From: OCS116 cluster bacterium AG-430-B22
GTDB lineage: Bacteria; Pseudomonadota; Alphaproteobacteria; MED-G09
Assembly (NCBI GenBank): GCA_003209955.1
Contig: QCOD01000001.1
Span: 33,330 to 97,329, forward strand
Direction: 5' to 3'
DNA: 64,000 nucleotides
Positions 28,885 to 38,457 of the stretch are shown here, one piece after another. The position numbers were made by a program, and so were the translations under genes. Within the stretch, counting starts at the first letter, position 1, and the number at the start of each line of letters is the position of its first letter. The notes below the pieces were generated by a model, which saw only the letters and a program-made list of their open reading frames with translations, was not told where the DNA came from and ran no database searches.

Positions 28885-29465
28885 AGAGTTTTGTAATTAT
28901 TATTAGTGTGTTTATAATTTTAGGAAGTGTTGGTTGGCATTTCCGAGCAAATATTATTTTTGAAATATATCCCCTTATAATTGAAGCACGGGGGTATGGA
29001 GAAAAGTCGGAGTTATCTTTAAAAGAAATTAATGGAGTTGAGATTATGGAAGTAAAAAATGCATTAGTACCAAATGATGAACAAATGAAAGGTTTTATGG
29101 AAGGTGATATTGATACGCCTATATATATGGTTAATTTACTTAAATTTAGAGATAAAGCAGAATATGAAGATGGTAGGGAAACTAATTTAACAGGTGAAGA
29201 GGCTTACTTAATTTATGGAAAAGAAGTGCAAAAGCATCTTAAAAAATTTGGAGCTGAACCAATTTTTTCAGGAAGAGTTGCACGGCTGATGTTAGGCGAA
29301 GTAGGAGAACTTTGGGATGTAATCGCAATTGCTAAATATCCCAATCGAAAAGCTATGATGGAAATGATTATGGATGCGGATTATAGAGAAAGTGAAAAAC
29401 ATCGTGCTGCAGGTTTAAAAGGCCAACTTAATATTGAAACTAAAACAGGAGAGTTTGATTGGTAG
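28881..29465 (+). CDS. hypothetical protein with N-terminal TM anchor (possibly DUF1330-like C-terminal domain)
   Basis: ATGA overlap with the dehalogenase gene; N-terminal hydrophobic segment then soluble domain; family uncertain. Confidence 0.35.
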   Translation: MKSFVIIISVFIILGSVGWHFRANIIFEIYPLIIEARGYGEKSELSLKEINGVEIMEVKNALVPNDEQMKGFMEGDIDTPIYMVNLLKFRDKAEYEDGRETNLTGEEAYLIYGKEVQKHLKKFGAEPIFSGRVARLMLGEVGELWDVIAIAKYPNRKAMMEMIMDADYRESEKHRAAGLKGQLNIETKTGEFDW

Positions 29466-29935
29466 ATTTTCTTGATAAGATATTTCCTGAAAATGCGAAC
29501 AATAACTATTCAGGAAATCGAATAGCCTTATGGGTACTGATAGGATTTCTTGCTCTTATGACTTGGCGCTCAGCAATACACATGTTTTTTGAACCCTTTG
29601 GATTGCATAATATTGCAAATATTGTTGTTTTGATGGGTAACCCCGATCCAATGCCATTAATTTATCGCTTTTTTTCTATTTGGGGATTTGCACAATTAAT
29701 TTTTTGTATTGCTTGTTGGATTGCAATCATTAAATACAGGTCATTTATACCATTAATGTATTTATTTTGGATTTTTGAGTGGGGAGTAAGAGTTATTTAT
29801 TATCCATTTTTTGGAAGAGGTGGTGATGTAATTAATAATTATAATACAGCAGGTACGCCTGGGTTTTATATGGCTCCATACATTTTGATCTTATTAATAA
29901 TATTTTTTATTTTATCTTTAAGGAGACAAAATTGA
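29459..29935 (+). CDS. hypothetical polytopic membrane protein
   Basis: 4 hydrophobic segments, Trp-rich; TTG start in the ORF track; overlaps neighbours by 4-7 nt. Confidence 0.4.
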   Translation: MVDFLDKIFPENANNNYSGNRIALWVLIGFLALMTWRSAIHMFFEPFGLHNIANIVVLMGNPDPMPLIYRFFSIWGFAQLIFCIACWIAIIKYRSFIPLMYLFWIFEWGVRVIYYPFFGRGGDVINNYNTAGTPGFYMAPYILILLIIFFILSLRRQN

Positions 29936-30993
29936 AAATAATCAAATATTTGATTTTTATAATCGCAATTTTAGTTATTGGTGTTTTAATTTTAATAAGA
30001 ATCCCTTCAATTCAGGACAGAATAGCAACTAGAGTCATTAAAAATACTCTTACTAATCCATTGTCTTTACCTGATGATGCGCTAACCGCTCTAGTATGTG
30101 GCTCTCGCTCTCCAATACCTTCACCTAATAGAGCTGAAACTTGTATTTTAATTAAGGCTGGAGAAAATCTTTATATAGTTGATGTTGGTGACGGTAGTAT
30201 AAGTAATTTAAGAAATTGGAGAGTCGATATTAATAAAGTGAAGGCCGTTTTACTTACACATCTGCACTCTGATCATATATCTGATCTTGCCGATTTACAT
30301 TTAAATTCTTGGATTATGAATCCTACAAGATCAAAGAAATTAGATGTCTTTGGTCCACAAGGAGTTGACCAAGTTGTTAATGGTTTTGATGCTGCATACA
30401 AATTAGATTATCAGTTTAGAAACGAACACCATGGCGATGATGTTGCACCACTTGATTCTGCTGGCTATGAACCAAATATTATCGATTTAGCAAGTCCAAT
30501 TATTATTGATGATAATGGCTTAAAAGTTACAGCCTTCTCTGTGATTCATGACCCTGTTGAACCAGCTTTAGGATACCGTTTTGATTATAAAGGAAGATCA
30601 ATAGTGATAAGTGGTGATACAATTTATCATGATAATGTTATCAAAAACTCAAAAGATGCTGATGTTTTATTTCACGAGGCTCAAGCAAATCATATGATTA
30701 AAATTATGGAAAATGAAAATGTAAAGTTAGGCAATCTTTTGTTGGCTAAAGTTATGTCGGATATTGTTACCTATCATACGACACCAGTTGAGGCGGCAGA
30801 AATTGCAAATAAAGCTAATGTTCGACATTTGGTTTTTTATCACCTTACCCCTGCACCAAGAAATAATATTATGGAAAATATGTTTGTTAGAGGTGTAAAT
30901 GAGGTAAGAGAGGAATGGACATTATCTGATGATGGAACAATGGTGATTTTACCTCTTAATTCTGATAAGATAGAAATCAAAAAAATAAATTAA
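29932..30993 (+). CDS. metallo-beta-lactamase-fold hydrolase (RNase Z/ElaC-like or MBL hydrolase) with N-terminal TM anchor
   Basis: LLTHLHSDHISDL (HxHxDH) and downstream His/Asp ligands (HEAQANH; YHLTP). Confidence 0.75.
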   Translation: MKIIKYLIFIIAILVIGVLILIRIPSIQDRIATRVIKNTLTNPLSLPDDALTALVCGSRSPIPSPNRAETCILIKAGENLYIVDVGDGSISNLRNWRVDINKVKAVLLTHLHSDHISDLADLHLNSWIMNPTRSKKLDVFGPQGVDQVVNGFDAAYKLDYQFRNEHHGDDVAPLDSAGYEPNIIDLASPIIIDDNGLKVTAFSVIHDPVEPALGYRFDYKGRSIVISGDTIYHDNVIKNSKDADVLFHEAQANHMIKIMENENVKLGNLLLAKVMSDIVTYHTTPVEAAEIANKANVRHLVFYHLTPAPRNNIMENMFVRGVNEVREEWTLSDDGTMVILPLNSDKIEIKKIN

Positions 30994-30995
30994 AT

Positions 30996-31328
30996 ATGCT
31001 TTTTTTAATAACTAAAATCATTGTGACTGCTGCTATTATTGTCCTGATAAGCGAAATTGCTAAAGTTAACGATAAGTTAGGTGGCTTAATAGCTGCAATG
31101 CCTATTATGACACTGCTTGTTATTTTGTGGATGTATTATGATGGAAATTCTAATGAAAAAATTTCTTCACATATATCATATACATTGTTTTATATTGTGC
31201 CAACCATACCAATGTTCTTAATTTTTCCTTTTGTCATTTCAAAATTTGGTTTTTATATAGCTTTTTTAATAAGTATTTTAATAACAGTAATTTCTGTAAC
31301 AATTCTAAATTTTTTTATAAAAATCTAA
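30996..31328 (+). CDS. small 3-4 TM membrane protein (DUF3147-like)
   Basis: 110 aa, almost entirely hydrophobic; last gene of the operon. Confidence 0.4.
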   Translation: MLFLITKIIVTAAIIVLISEIAKVNDKLGGLIAAMPIMTLLVILWMYYDGNSNEKISSHISYTLFYIVPTIPMFLIFPFVISKFGFYIAFLISILITVISVTILNFFIKI

Positions 31329-32482
31329 TTTATATTGTCGCGCATTGTTCTAAAACAATTTCTTATTTCATTTATAAAAAGTTCGGGTTGTTCAAAGGCT
31401 GCAAAATGACCTCCTTTATCTAACTCGTTCCAATAGACAATGTTTGCATAAACTTGCTCTGCCCAAGCTCTTGGTGTACGAGAGATTTCTTTTGGAAAGA
31501 TACTACAACCAATTGGTAATGAGAGTTTTTTGTCAGAATTACCTCCAAATGATCCAAAGCTTTCCCAATAAAGACGTGCTGAAGATGCACCGCTTTTTGT
31601 TAACCAATAAAACATGATATTATCAATTAATTCTTCCTTTGTGAGGATATTTTCGGGATGACCATCACAGTCAGTCCATTCATAAAATTTTTCAATTATC
31701 CAAGCCGCTTGACCTATTGGTGAATCGACTAGGCTATAACCTAAGGTTTGTGGTCTTGTGCTTTGTTGTTTTGAATAACCAGAACCCCATTCTTGATAAT
31801 AATTTAAGCCTTCAAATGCAATTTTATCCCTCTCACTTGGATTTTCTATAGCCTCCTTAGTTGGTGGAGCAAAAGGCATGTTAACATGTAGCCCTAAACA
31901 ATTACCTTTGTTCTGCTTTCCAATAGCAATTGTTATGGCTGAGCCCCAATCACCACCTTGTGCGAAGTAATTTTTATAGCCAATTTTATTCATTAATTGA
32001 TCCCAAATTTCAGCAATTTTATCAACTCCTGTTCCATTCTTTGATGGTTTACTAGAAAATCCATATCCAGGAAGAGTAGGGCAAACAACATGGAATGCAT
32101 CTTCTTTCTCTCCCCCATAATTAAGGGGATCAACGAGAGGTCTTATTATTTTATGAAATTCTACAATTGAACCAGGCCAACCATGACTCATAATTAAAGG
32201 TGTTGCATTTTCAATTTCACTTTTAACATGAACGAAATGAATATCAAGTTCATCTATAGTCGTAATATACTGATCAAAAGAATTATAATACTCTTCTCTT
32301 TTTCTCCAGTTATAGTTATTAATCCAATATTCACTAACTTCTTTCATATAAGATAAAGGGGTGCCTTGGTTCCAGTCGTTTACAGTTTCTTTTTCTGGCC
32401 ATCGGGTAGATTCGATTCTGCTTTTTAATTTATTTATATCTTCATCAGCAATTTCGATTTTGAAGGGTTTTATTTCTGACAT
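31325..32482 (-). CDS. epoxide hydrolase (microsomal EH-like, alpha/beta hydrolase with EH N-terminal domain)
   Basis: N-terminal domain signature PFKIEIADEDINKLKSRIESTRWPE; HGWPGS oxyanion motif; GGDWGS nucleophile elbow; C-terminal catalytic His (GGHFAAFEQPE). Confidence 0.85.
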   Translation of the reverse strand: MSEIKPFKIEIADEDINKLKSRIESTRWPEKETVNDWNQGTPLSYMKEVSEYWINNYNWRKREEYYNSFDQYITTIDELDIHFVHVKSEIENATPLIMSHGWPGSIVEFHKIIRPLVDPLNYGGEKEDAFHVVCPTLPGYGFSSKPSKNGTGVDKIAEIWDQLMNKIGYKNYFAQGGDWGSAITIAIGKQNKGNCLGLHVNMPFAPPTKEAIENPSERDKIAFEGLNYYQEWGSGYSKQQSTRPQTLGYSLVDSPIGQAAWIIEKFYEWTDCDGHPENILTKEELIDNIMFYWLTKSGASSARLYWESFGSFGGNSDKKLSLPIGCSIFPKEISRTPRAWAEQVYANIVYWNELDKGGHFAAFEQPELFINEIRNCFRTMRDNIN

Positions 32483-32562
32483 TGTTTTATTATTCTCACT
32501 TATTATTTAAATTATGCCAAAATTTATGCTTAAATAAAAATATATTTTTTAAGGGGAAAACT

Positions 32563-32973
32563 ATGAGTGATCATGTAGCGGATAGAATTGCTTTACAAGA
32601 TGTTATGCTTAGATATGCAGCAGGTGTTGATGAGCGTGATTTTGATCTTTATTCTTCATGTTTTATCGAAGATGTGGAGATCCTAGATTTTGGTGAAGAA
32701 CCTATAAATGGAAGAGATAATTGGGTTGAATATGTGAAAGGTGCACTCTCAAATTATGGCCCAACTCAGCATATGCTTGGCCCTCAGCTTGCCTCAATTA
32801 ATGGTGATGACGCTCACTGCAGAACAGATGTTCAGGCTTTACATTATCTTAAAGAACCCGAGGGTGAAATACTTACTCTTTGGGCAACATATGAAACAGA
32901 TATGAAGAGAGTTGATGGAGAATGGAAAATATATCGTCATAGATTAGTTTCAAGAGGAATTCGTCAGCAATAA
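32563..32973 (+). CDS. NTF2-like/SnoaL-like small protein
   Basis: About 136 aa; RIALQDVMLRYAAGVDERDFD N-terminal helix pattern typical of the SnoaL_4/NTF2 superfamily; ATG at 32563 preceded by AAGGGG RBS. The ORF-track start at 32482 would overlap the epoxide hydrolase gene. Confidence 0.55.
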   Translation: MSDHVADRIALQDVMLRYAAGVDERDFDLYSSCFIEDVEILDFGEEPINGRDNWVEYVKGALSNYGPTQHMLGPQLASINGDDAHCRTDVQALHYLKEPEGEILTLWATYETDMKRVDGEWKIYRHRLVSRGIRQQ

Positions 32974-33425
32974 TGTCTTTAAAAACAAAAATACCACCTC
33001 CAGTAGTTACAATATTATTTGCTATTATGATTTTCTATTTTTCGGACAATTTTACATATATCGATTTACCTTTTAAAATATATATTTCACTATTTTTCAT
33101 AGTATTAGGTTTTATTGTAACTTTTTCTTCAGCAAGAAATTTTAAAAAGAAGGATACAACTGTTAATCCTATGAAACCCAATGAGACCTCTAAATTAGTA
33201 ACTGATGGTTTTTTTAAGATTACACGTAACCCTATGTATTTAGGTATGTTGTTGTTTTTGTTGGGTTTATCTATTTATAACGGTTTAATTGTAGGTTTAA
33301 TATTCTTACCTTTATTTGTTGGATATATTACTTATTTTCAAATTATTCCTGAAGAGAATGCCATGCTTGAGATCTTTGGCGAAGAATACAAAGTATATAT
33401 GAAAAAAGTTAGGCGATGGATTTGA
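32973..33425 (+). CDS. isoprenylcysteine carboxyl methyltransferase (ICMT)/phospholipid methyltransferase family membrane protein
   Basis: ITRNPMYLGMLL...EE..L...FG..Y..Y signature near the C-terminus; 4 TM segments. Confidence 0.75.
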   Translation: MSLKTKIPPPVVTILFAIMIFYFSDNFTYIDLPFKIYISLFFIVLGFIVTFSSARNFKKKDTTVNPMKPNETSKLVTDGFFKITRNPMYLGMLLFLLGLSIYNGLIVGLIFLPLFVGYITYFQIIPEENAMLEIFGEEYKVYMKKVRRWI

Positions 33426-33428
33426 TAA

Positions 33429-34316
33429 ATGGCTGATATAAAACACTTGAAAGCAGATGCGTCTCAAGAGGATATCCTGAGTGTCATTGATCAAGATGCA
33501 GCGTTAATCTTAGATGATGTTCTAGACAATGATTTATCAAGCCAGATTAAAGATGAGCTAGATCCTTATTTAAATAGCTATATTAAAGGAAAGACCGAGT
33601 TTACTGGTTTTGAGACTAAAAGAGTAGGAGGCTTGTTAGCAAGATCAGTAGGTTGTCAAAATCTAGCTCTTCATCCCCTTATAAATAATCTAGCTTGTAA
33701 TTTCCTTGAACCTTATGGCGATGGGTATCAACTTCACTTCACTTCGGCAGTTAGTATTGGTCCTGGAGAGTCAAAACAGATACTTCATCGCGATAGGGGT
33801 ATCTGGGGTGGATATATTCCAAGAAAAATAGAAACTCATTTCAGTACAATTTGGGCTTTAACTGATTTCACTAAAGAAAATGGCGCTACTCAAGTTGTTC
33901 CAGGTTCGCATAAATGGGATAAAGATAGAGTCCCTAATGAGGATGAAATTGCTTATGCTGAAATGTCTTCTGGCTCAGTATTGCTTTATACTGGGACTGT
34001 TCTTCACGGAGGTGGAAAAAACTCCACTGATAATGAGATTAGAACTGGAGTTTTTATGCATTATACCTTGAACTGGTTAAGGCAAGAGGAAAATCAGTAT
34101 CTATCTCACCCTCCTGAAGTTGCTAAGAATTTTTCACCTGAATTAAGAGCCCTTATTGGATATTCAAAAGGTGGATATGTACTTGGTTTTTACACTGACC
34201 CTGATGATAAAAAAGGAACAATGGATTCAGTAAGTCCTGAAAGAATTTTTGGAGAAGAAGAGGATGATTTCTCATCATTGCCTCCTCAAAGCGATTTAGT
34301 AAAAGATACTTCATAG
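33429..34316 (+). CDS. phytanoyl-CoA dioxygenase (PhyH) family Fe(II)/2-oxoglutarate-dependent oxygenase
   Basis: H-x-D facial triad (ILHRDRG), distal His (VLHGGGKN) and Arg; length and spacing fit PhyH. Confidence 0.65.
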   Translation: MADIKHLKADASQEDILSVIDQDAALILDDVLDNDLSSQIKDELDPYLNSYIKGKTEFTGFETKRVGGLLARSVGCQNLALHPLINNLACNFLEPYGDGYQLHFTSAVSIGPGESKQILHRDRGIWGGYIPRKIETHFSTIWALTDFTKENGATQVVPGSHKWDKDRVPNEDEIAYAEMSSGSVLLYTGTVLHGGGKNSTDNEIRTGVFMHYTLNWLRQEENQYLSHPPEVAKNFSPELRALIGYSKGGYVLGFYTDPDDKKGTMDSVSPERIFGEEEDDFSSLPPQSDLVKDTS

Positions 34317-34324
34317 TAATTTCA

Positions 34325-35092
34325 ATGATAAAAAAATTAGATAATAAAGTTGCTATAATTACCGGCGGAGCTGGCGGAATAGGGAAGGCAATAGCAATAG
34401 AATTTTTAAATCAAGGATCTGATGTATTGCTTTTTGATTTAAATGAAAGCGACTTAAAAAACTTGTGCCAAGAAATTGGCTCTAATCACCTTAGCTATTG
34501 CGCAGGTGACGTAACTTCTATTGAGGATAATTTAAGAGCTGTAGAAATAGCAAAAGAGAAATTTGGAGGTCTTGATATTTTTGTTGCAAATGCTGGCATT
34601 GAAGGTGATGTTAAAAATTTAGAAGATTATGATATTGATAAATTTGATCAAGTTATGGCTGTAAATGTGAAAGGGCCTTTTTTAGGTTTGAAGGCATCCA
34701 TTCCAGCACTAACTGATAGAGGAGGTGGAAGTTTTATTATAACTTCTAGTATCGCAGGTTTATCTGGTGCGCCACAAATAGGCGCCTATGCAACAAGTAA
34801 GCATGCCGTAATTGGTTTGATGAAATCTGCCGCAAAAGAGAATGCTGAAAAAAATATAAGAGTAAACACAGTTAACCCATCTCCTGTTGAGACAAGAATG
34901 ATGCGCAGTCTAGAGGAAGGATTGATGCCGGGTGAGTCTGAGCAAGCTAAAGATCTTATGGAATCAAATATTCCATTAGGTAGATATGGTAAACCCGAAG
35001 ATGTAGCCAAAGTAATGCTTTTCCTTGCAAGCGATGATAGTTCTTTTGTTACAGGCTCTGTTTATAATGTTGATGGAGGAAGTACTGCTTAA
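34325..35092 (+). CDS. short-chain dehydrogenase/reductase (SDR)
   Basis: VAIITGGAGGIGKAIA; NAG; YATSKHA. Confidence 0.85.
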   Translation: MIKKLDNKVAIITGGAGGIGKAIAIEFLNQGSDVLLFDLNESDLKNLCQEIGSNHLSYCAGDVTSIEDNLRAVEIAKEKFGGLDIFVANAGIEGDVKNLEDYDIDKFDQVMAVNVKGPFLGLKASIPALTDRGGGSFIITSSIAGLSGAPQIGAYATSKHAVIGLMKSAAKENAEKNIRVNTVNPSPVETRMMRSLEEGLMPGESEQAKDLMESNIPLGRYGKPEDVAKVMLFLASDDSSFVTGSVYNVDGGSTA

Positions 35093-36507
35093 GGCTTAAA
35101 AGGGCCTTTTGCAATATATTTATCCATTGTCTGGTGGTAATGCCTAAGCCTACTTTCCTGATAATTTGCATATGTTATTTTACCAGATTTACTAGCTCGA
35201 ATACCTCTTTCAACCTCAGGTATGTTACTCATATCTTGATCAAAAATAAAACCTATACCAGTTAATTCTTCAGCATCATCCCAGTTTTCATCTTCATTTA
35301 GATAATGTATTGGGATTGGTTCATACTTTTCTTGCTTATCAGGATCTTTATGATTTCTTTGCAAAAACATAGCTTCCATTATTGCAGAGTCTTCTCTATT
35401 TCCATTTGGTCGAAATCTATAGATAAGGTTTCTTGGAAAGCCACCCCAGGGTGAAAAATTTGGAAATACATTATAAACTATTGCATCAAGCATTTCTGCA
35501 TCTGATTTATCAGAGTAATCATGTCCATCGGCTTCTTCAAAGGCATCTCTCATAGCTTGTGCTGCAACCTTTCTAGCCTCCTCTCCTTCTGGGACGAGTA
35601 TCTTATCATCTGCAGCCATTCGACCAGATCCATAAAAAATGGTATCTAATATTTCTTGTTCATCTACATTTTTAAGATTTGGGCTTGGTTTTCCCGTTAA
35701 GGCAATATTTCTATTCATATGATCGCCATAAATATCATATCGTGCATTTTCATCTGCTTGGAAAGGTAAAATTTCTGGGTGAATTAATGTCGCATGAAAA
35801 GATTCCATAAATGCTTCTTGAACTGTTTTCCAGTTACCCGGAACCACTTTTGAAACATGAATAACTTTTTTACAATCACCTAAATTCCATCTTTTATGGT
35901 GTTCTGGAAGAGGAGCAAGGTATTCTTCTAATGAGACAGCCTTATCATCCATATTAATAAATACAAAGCCTTCCCAAATCTCAACTCTAACTTCAGGAAG
36001 CTTAAAATCTCTATCTTTTATGTGCTGAAAATCCCATGAAGCAGGAGTAAATTTTAATGATCCATCTAAATTCCAACAAAAACCATGGAAAGGACATTGT
36101 AGATCTTTACCAAATCCGCGTTCAGTTTTTATTCTTCTACCTCTATGCAAACAGCTATTATAAAAAGCTTGAATTTTATCTTCTTCAGATCTCACAATCA
36201 AAAAAGACCAATCAAGTATATCATATACAAGGCTGTCACCAACTTCCGGAATATCCTCTACTCTGCATGCAAATTGCCAGACTCTAGTCCACATACAGTC
36301 TCTTTCTTTTTCAAAAAATTCTTTAGAAATGTATCTGGAAGTATCAATATCTTCAGAGCCAAGATATTCATAAGTTTCTTCGACCATAAATTCAGGTACT
36401 GTTTTGGCATCTTCCATTAGGTACTCTGTATAGCTTGTATCTGGCGATCTTTCGTCACCAGTTTTAACAACTGAAAGTTTTTGATTTTCTTTTTTTATTT
36501 CACTCAT
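35089..36507 (-). CDS. Rieske [2Fe-2S] non-heme-iron oxygenase, alpha (catalytic) subunit
   Basis: Rieske motif CLHRG-x16-CPFHGFCW; mononuclear Fe ligands EAFMESFHATLIHP plus downstream Asp; 472 aa. Confidence 0.85.
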   Translation of the reverse strand: MSEIKKENQKLSVVKTGDERSPDTSYTEYLMEDAKTVPEFMVEETYEYLGSEDIDTSRYISKEFFEKERDCMWTRVWQFACRVEDIPEVGDSLVYDILDWSFLIVRSEEDKIQAFYNSCLHRGRRIKTERGFGKDLQCPFHGFCWNLDGSLKFTPASWDFQHIKDRDFKLPEVRVEIWEGFVFINMDDKAVSLEEYLAPLPEHHKRWNLGDCKKVIHVSKVVPGNWKTVQEAFMESFHATLIHPEILPFQADENARYDIYGDHMNRNIALTGKPSPNLKNVDEQEILDTIFYGSGRMAADDKILVPEGEEARKVAAQAMRDAFEEADGHDYSDKSDAEMLDAIVYNVFPNFSPWGGFPRNLIYRFRPNGNREDSAIMEAMFLQRNHKDPDKQEKYEPIPIHYLNEDENWDDAEELTGIGFIFDQDMSNIPEVERGIRASKSGKITYANYQESRLRHYHQTMDKYIAKGPFKP

Positions 36508-36681
36508 ATTAACACCATATATAGCATTCCCTAGTTTTTATGTTATTTTTTAATTTTAGCAAGAAAAAATGGTATTTTTTAAAACAAATTCTTTACTCAA
36601 AAAAAACTGTAATTTCATTATATTTTAACCTAGACTATAAACTAATTGATCTTAGTAATTAATGAAAATAGGGGGTTTTCT

Positions 36682-37080
36682 ATGAATAATATGGAAGAAA
36701 AATTAGCTATAAGAGAGCTATTAGATAGATACTGTGATGGCGTTAATCAAAGAGATGCTGACATTTGGGGCAGCACATGGTCAGAAAACGCTATCTGGGA
36801 AATTCCACATTTAGATATCAAAAATGAAAGCAAGAAAACAATCGTTAATGTTTGGAATGATGCCATGAAAGGATATCCATTTGTACATATGATAGCTCAA
36901 CCTGGTTTTATTAATATTGATGGTGATAAAGCTTATATGAGAAGTTATACTATTGAAACGGCAGTTTTACCAGATGGAACTGAATTACGACCTTGTGGTC
37001 AATATGATGACGAATGCATTAAAGAAAATGGTGAATGGAAATTTTCTAAGAGATCATTTAGCAATCTTTATGGAGAATAA
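36682..37080 (+). CDS. NTF2-like small protein translationally coupled to the Rieske alpha subunit (candidate divergent beta-like subunit)
   Basis: 132 aa from ATG 36682 (AGGGGG RBS); NTF2/SnoaL-like pattern (LLDRYCDGVNQRDADIWGSTWSENAIWEIP); stop overlaps the downstream Rieske ATG (TAATGA). Confidence 0.5.
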   Translation: MNNMEEKLAIRELLDRYCDGVNQRDADIWGSTWSENAIWEIPHLDIKNESKKTIVNVWNDAMKGYPFVHMIAQPGFINIDGDKAYMRSYTIETAVLPDGTELRPCGQYDDECIKENGEWKFSKRSFSNLYGE

Positions 37081-38450
37081 TGATAATGAATAAAATTATA
37101 CCCACGCCAAGGGATAAGCATCCCGATCCTAAACTAAGAGGAGATAGGATTTCAGGTGAAAGATATTACTCGAAAGAATTTATGCAAAAAGAATGGGATC
37201 ATATGTGGACAAAAGTGTGGCAGATTGCGGGGATTGCATCTGAGATATCAGAACCAGATGATTTTTTTGTTTATAAAATTGGCTTAGAAGAAGTTTTAGT
37301 AGTTCGCCAAAAAGATAGATCTGTAAAGGCTTTTTACAATGTTTGTCCTCATAGAGGAAATATATTGGTTCATGTTGAAAACGGATCATTAGATACTTTT
37401 AAATGCACTTACCATGGGTGGGAGTACGATACTGAGGGAGTTTTAAGGAATCTTCAAGATCCTGAGGATTTTGATGATGGTAATCCTTGTGGGAAAATTA
37501 AGTTAAAACAAATTCGTTGTGAGGTCGCCTTAGGTTTTGTTTGGATTACTCTCTCTGATGAGCCTCAAAACTTTGAAGATGCCCTTAATCCCTTAATTAG
37601 TCATATGAATCCTTATCAGCCTGAGAAATATATAAGAGTTTTAAATCTTACTTGTGAAGTTGACTGTAATTGGAAGATAATTCATGATAATTTTAATGAG
37701 TCCTATCATTTACCAACATTACACCCTGAGCTTTCTGTTCATATCGAAAATGATTATAAATTTTCGCAATTTGATATGTATGATAATGGTCACAATAGAA
37801 TGCTTATGCCCGGTCATAAACCAGCATTAGGGGATCAGTCACCAAATGAGGTCAATTTCCCTCTTGATGCTGCACTAGAGGCCTGGGATTTGAATCCTGA
37901 GGATTTTAAAGGTAAAGCTCAAGAAACAAGACTAGCTATACAAAAGCAAAAGAGAAAATTAGCCAAAGGTAGAGGTTTTTGGCATTATGAATTTTTAACC
38001 GATGAACAATTGACTGATTATTATTTTTATAATTGCTTTCCTAATTATGATATCACAATGACTCCTGATGGAATTCAGTTTCAAAGACCACAGCCACATC
38101 CAACTGATCCAGAAAAATGCCTTTTTGAGCATTGGTGGCTTGTTCCAGATATGGAGCAATTATCAGCCTCAGCAACTTTCATGGGATCTGATACAACTGA
38201 AAATACTGCTGGAGAGAATATGACCGAGACACCTCTTGGACCAAGGCCATTGAGACCTGCAGAGCATGAATGGGTAATATATCCAGAAGGTTCTATGGGT
38301 TATGTTACTGATCAAGATATCAGTATGGCCATAGGTCAGCAAAAAGGCGTCAAGTCAAAAGGCTTTGATGATGCAATTTTAACTAATCAAGAAAGAAGGG
38401 TTAGAAGGTATCACGAGGTGCTAAATGATTATATTGAAGGAAGAAGATAA
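37080..38450 (+). CDS. Rieske [2Fe-2S] non-heme-iron oxygenase, alpha subunit
   Basis: CPHRG-x17-CTYHGWEY; DNFNESYHLPTLHP catalytic motif; 456 aa. Confidence 0.85.
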   Translation: MIMNKIIPTPRDKHPDPKLRGDRISGERYYSKEFMQKEWDHMWTKVWQIAGIASEISEPDDFFVYKIGLEEVLVVRQKDRSVKAFYNVCPHRGNILVHVENGSLDTFKCTYHGWEYDTEGVLRNLQDPEDFDDGNPCGKIKLKQIRCEVALGFVWITLSDEPQNFEDALNPLISHMNPYQPEKYIRVLNLTCEVDCNWKIIHDNFNESYHLPTLHPELSVHIENDYKFSQFDMYDNGHNRMLMPGHKPALGDQSPNEVNFPLDAALEAWDLNPEDFKGKAQETRLAIQKQKRKLAKGRGFWHYEFLTDEQLTDYYFYNCFPNYDITMTPDGIQFQRPQPHPTDPEKCLFEHWWLVPDMEQLSASATFMGSDTTENTAGENMTETPLGPRPLRPAEHEWVIYPEGSMGYVTDQDISMAIGQQKGVKSKGFDDAILTNQERRVRRYHEVLNDYIEGRR

Positions 38451-38457
38451 GATTAAA

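Noticed and set aside
32482-32562. The ORF-track start for the NTF2-like gene at 32482, overlapping the epoxide hydrolase start region on the opposite strand
   Set aside because: An in-frame ATG at 32563 is preceded by an AAGGGG RBS and gives a protein of typical NTF2 size. The upstream extension (MFYYSHLLFKLCQNL...) is AT-rich low-complexity and likely non-coding divergent promoter DNA.
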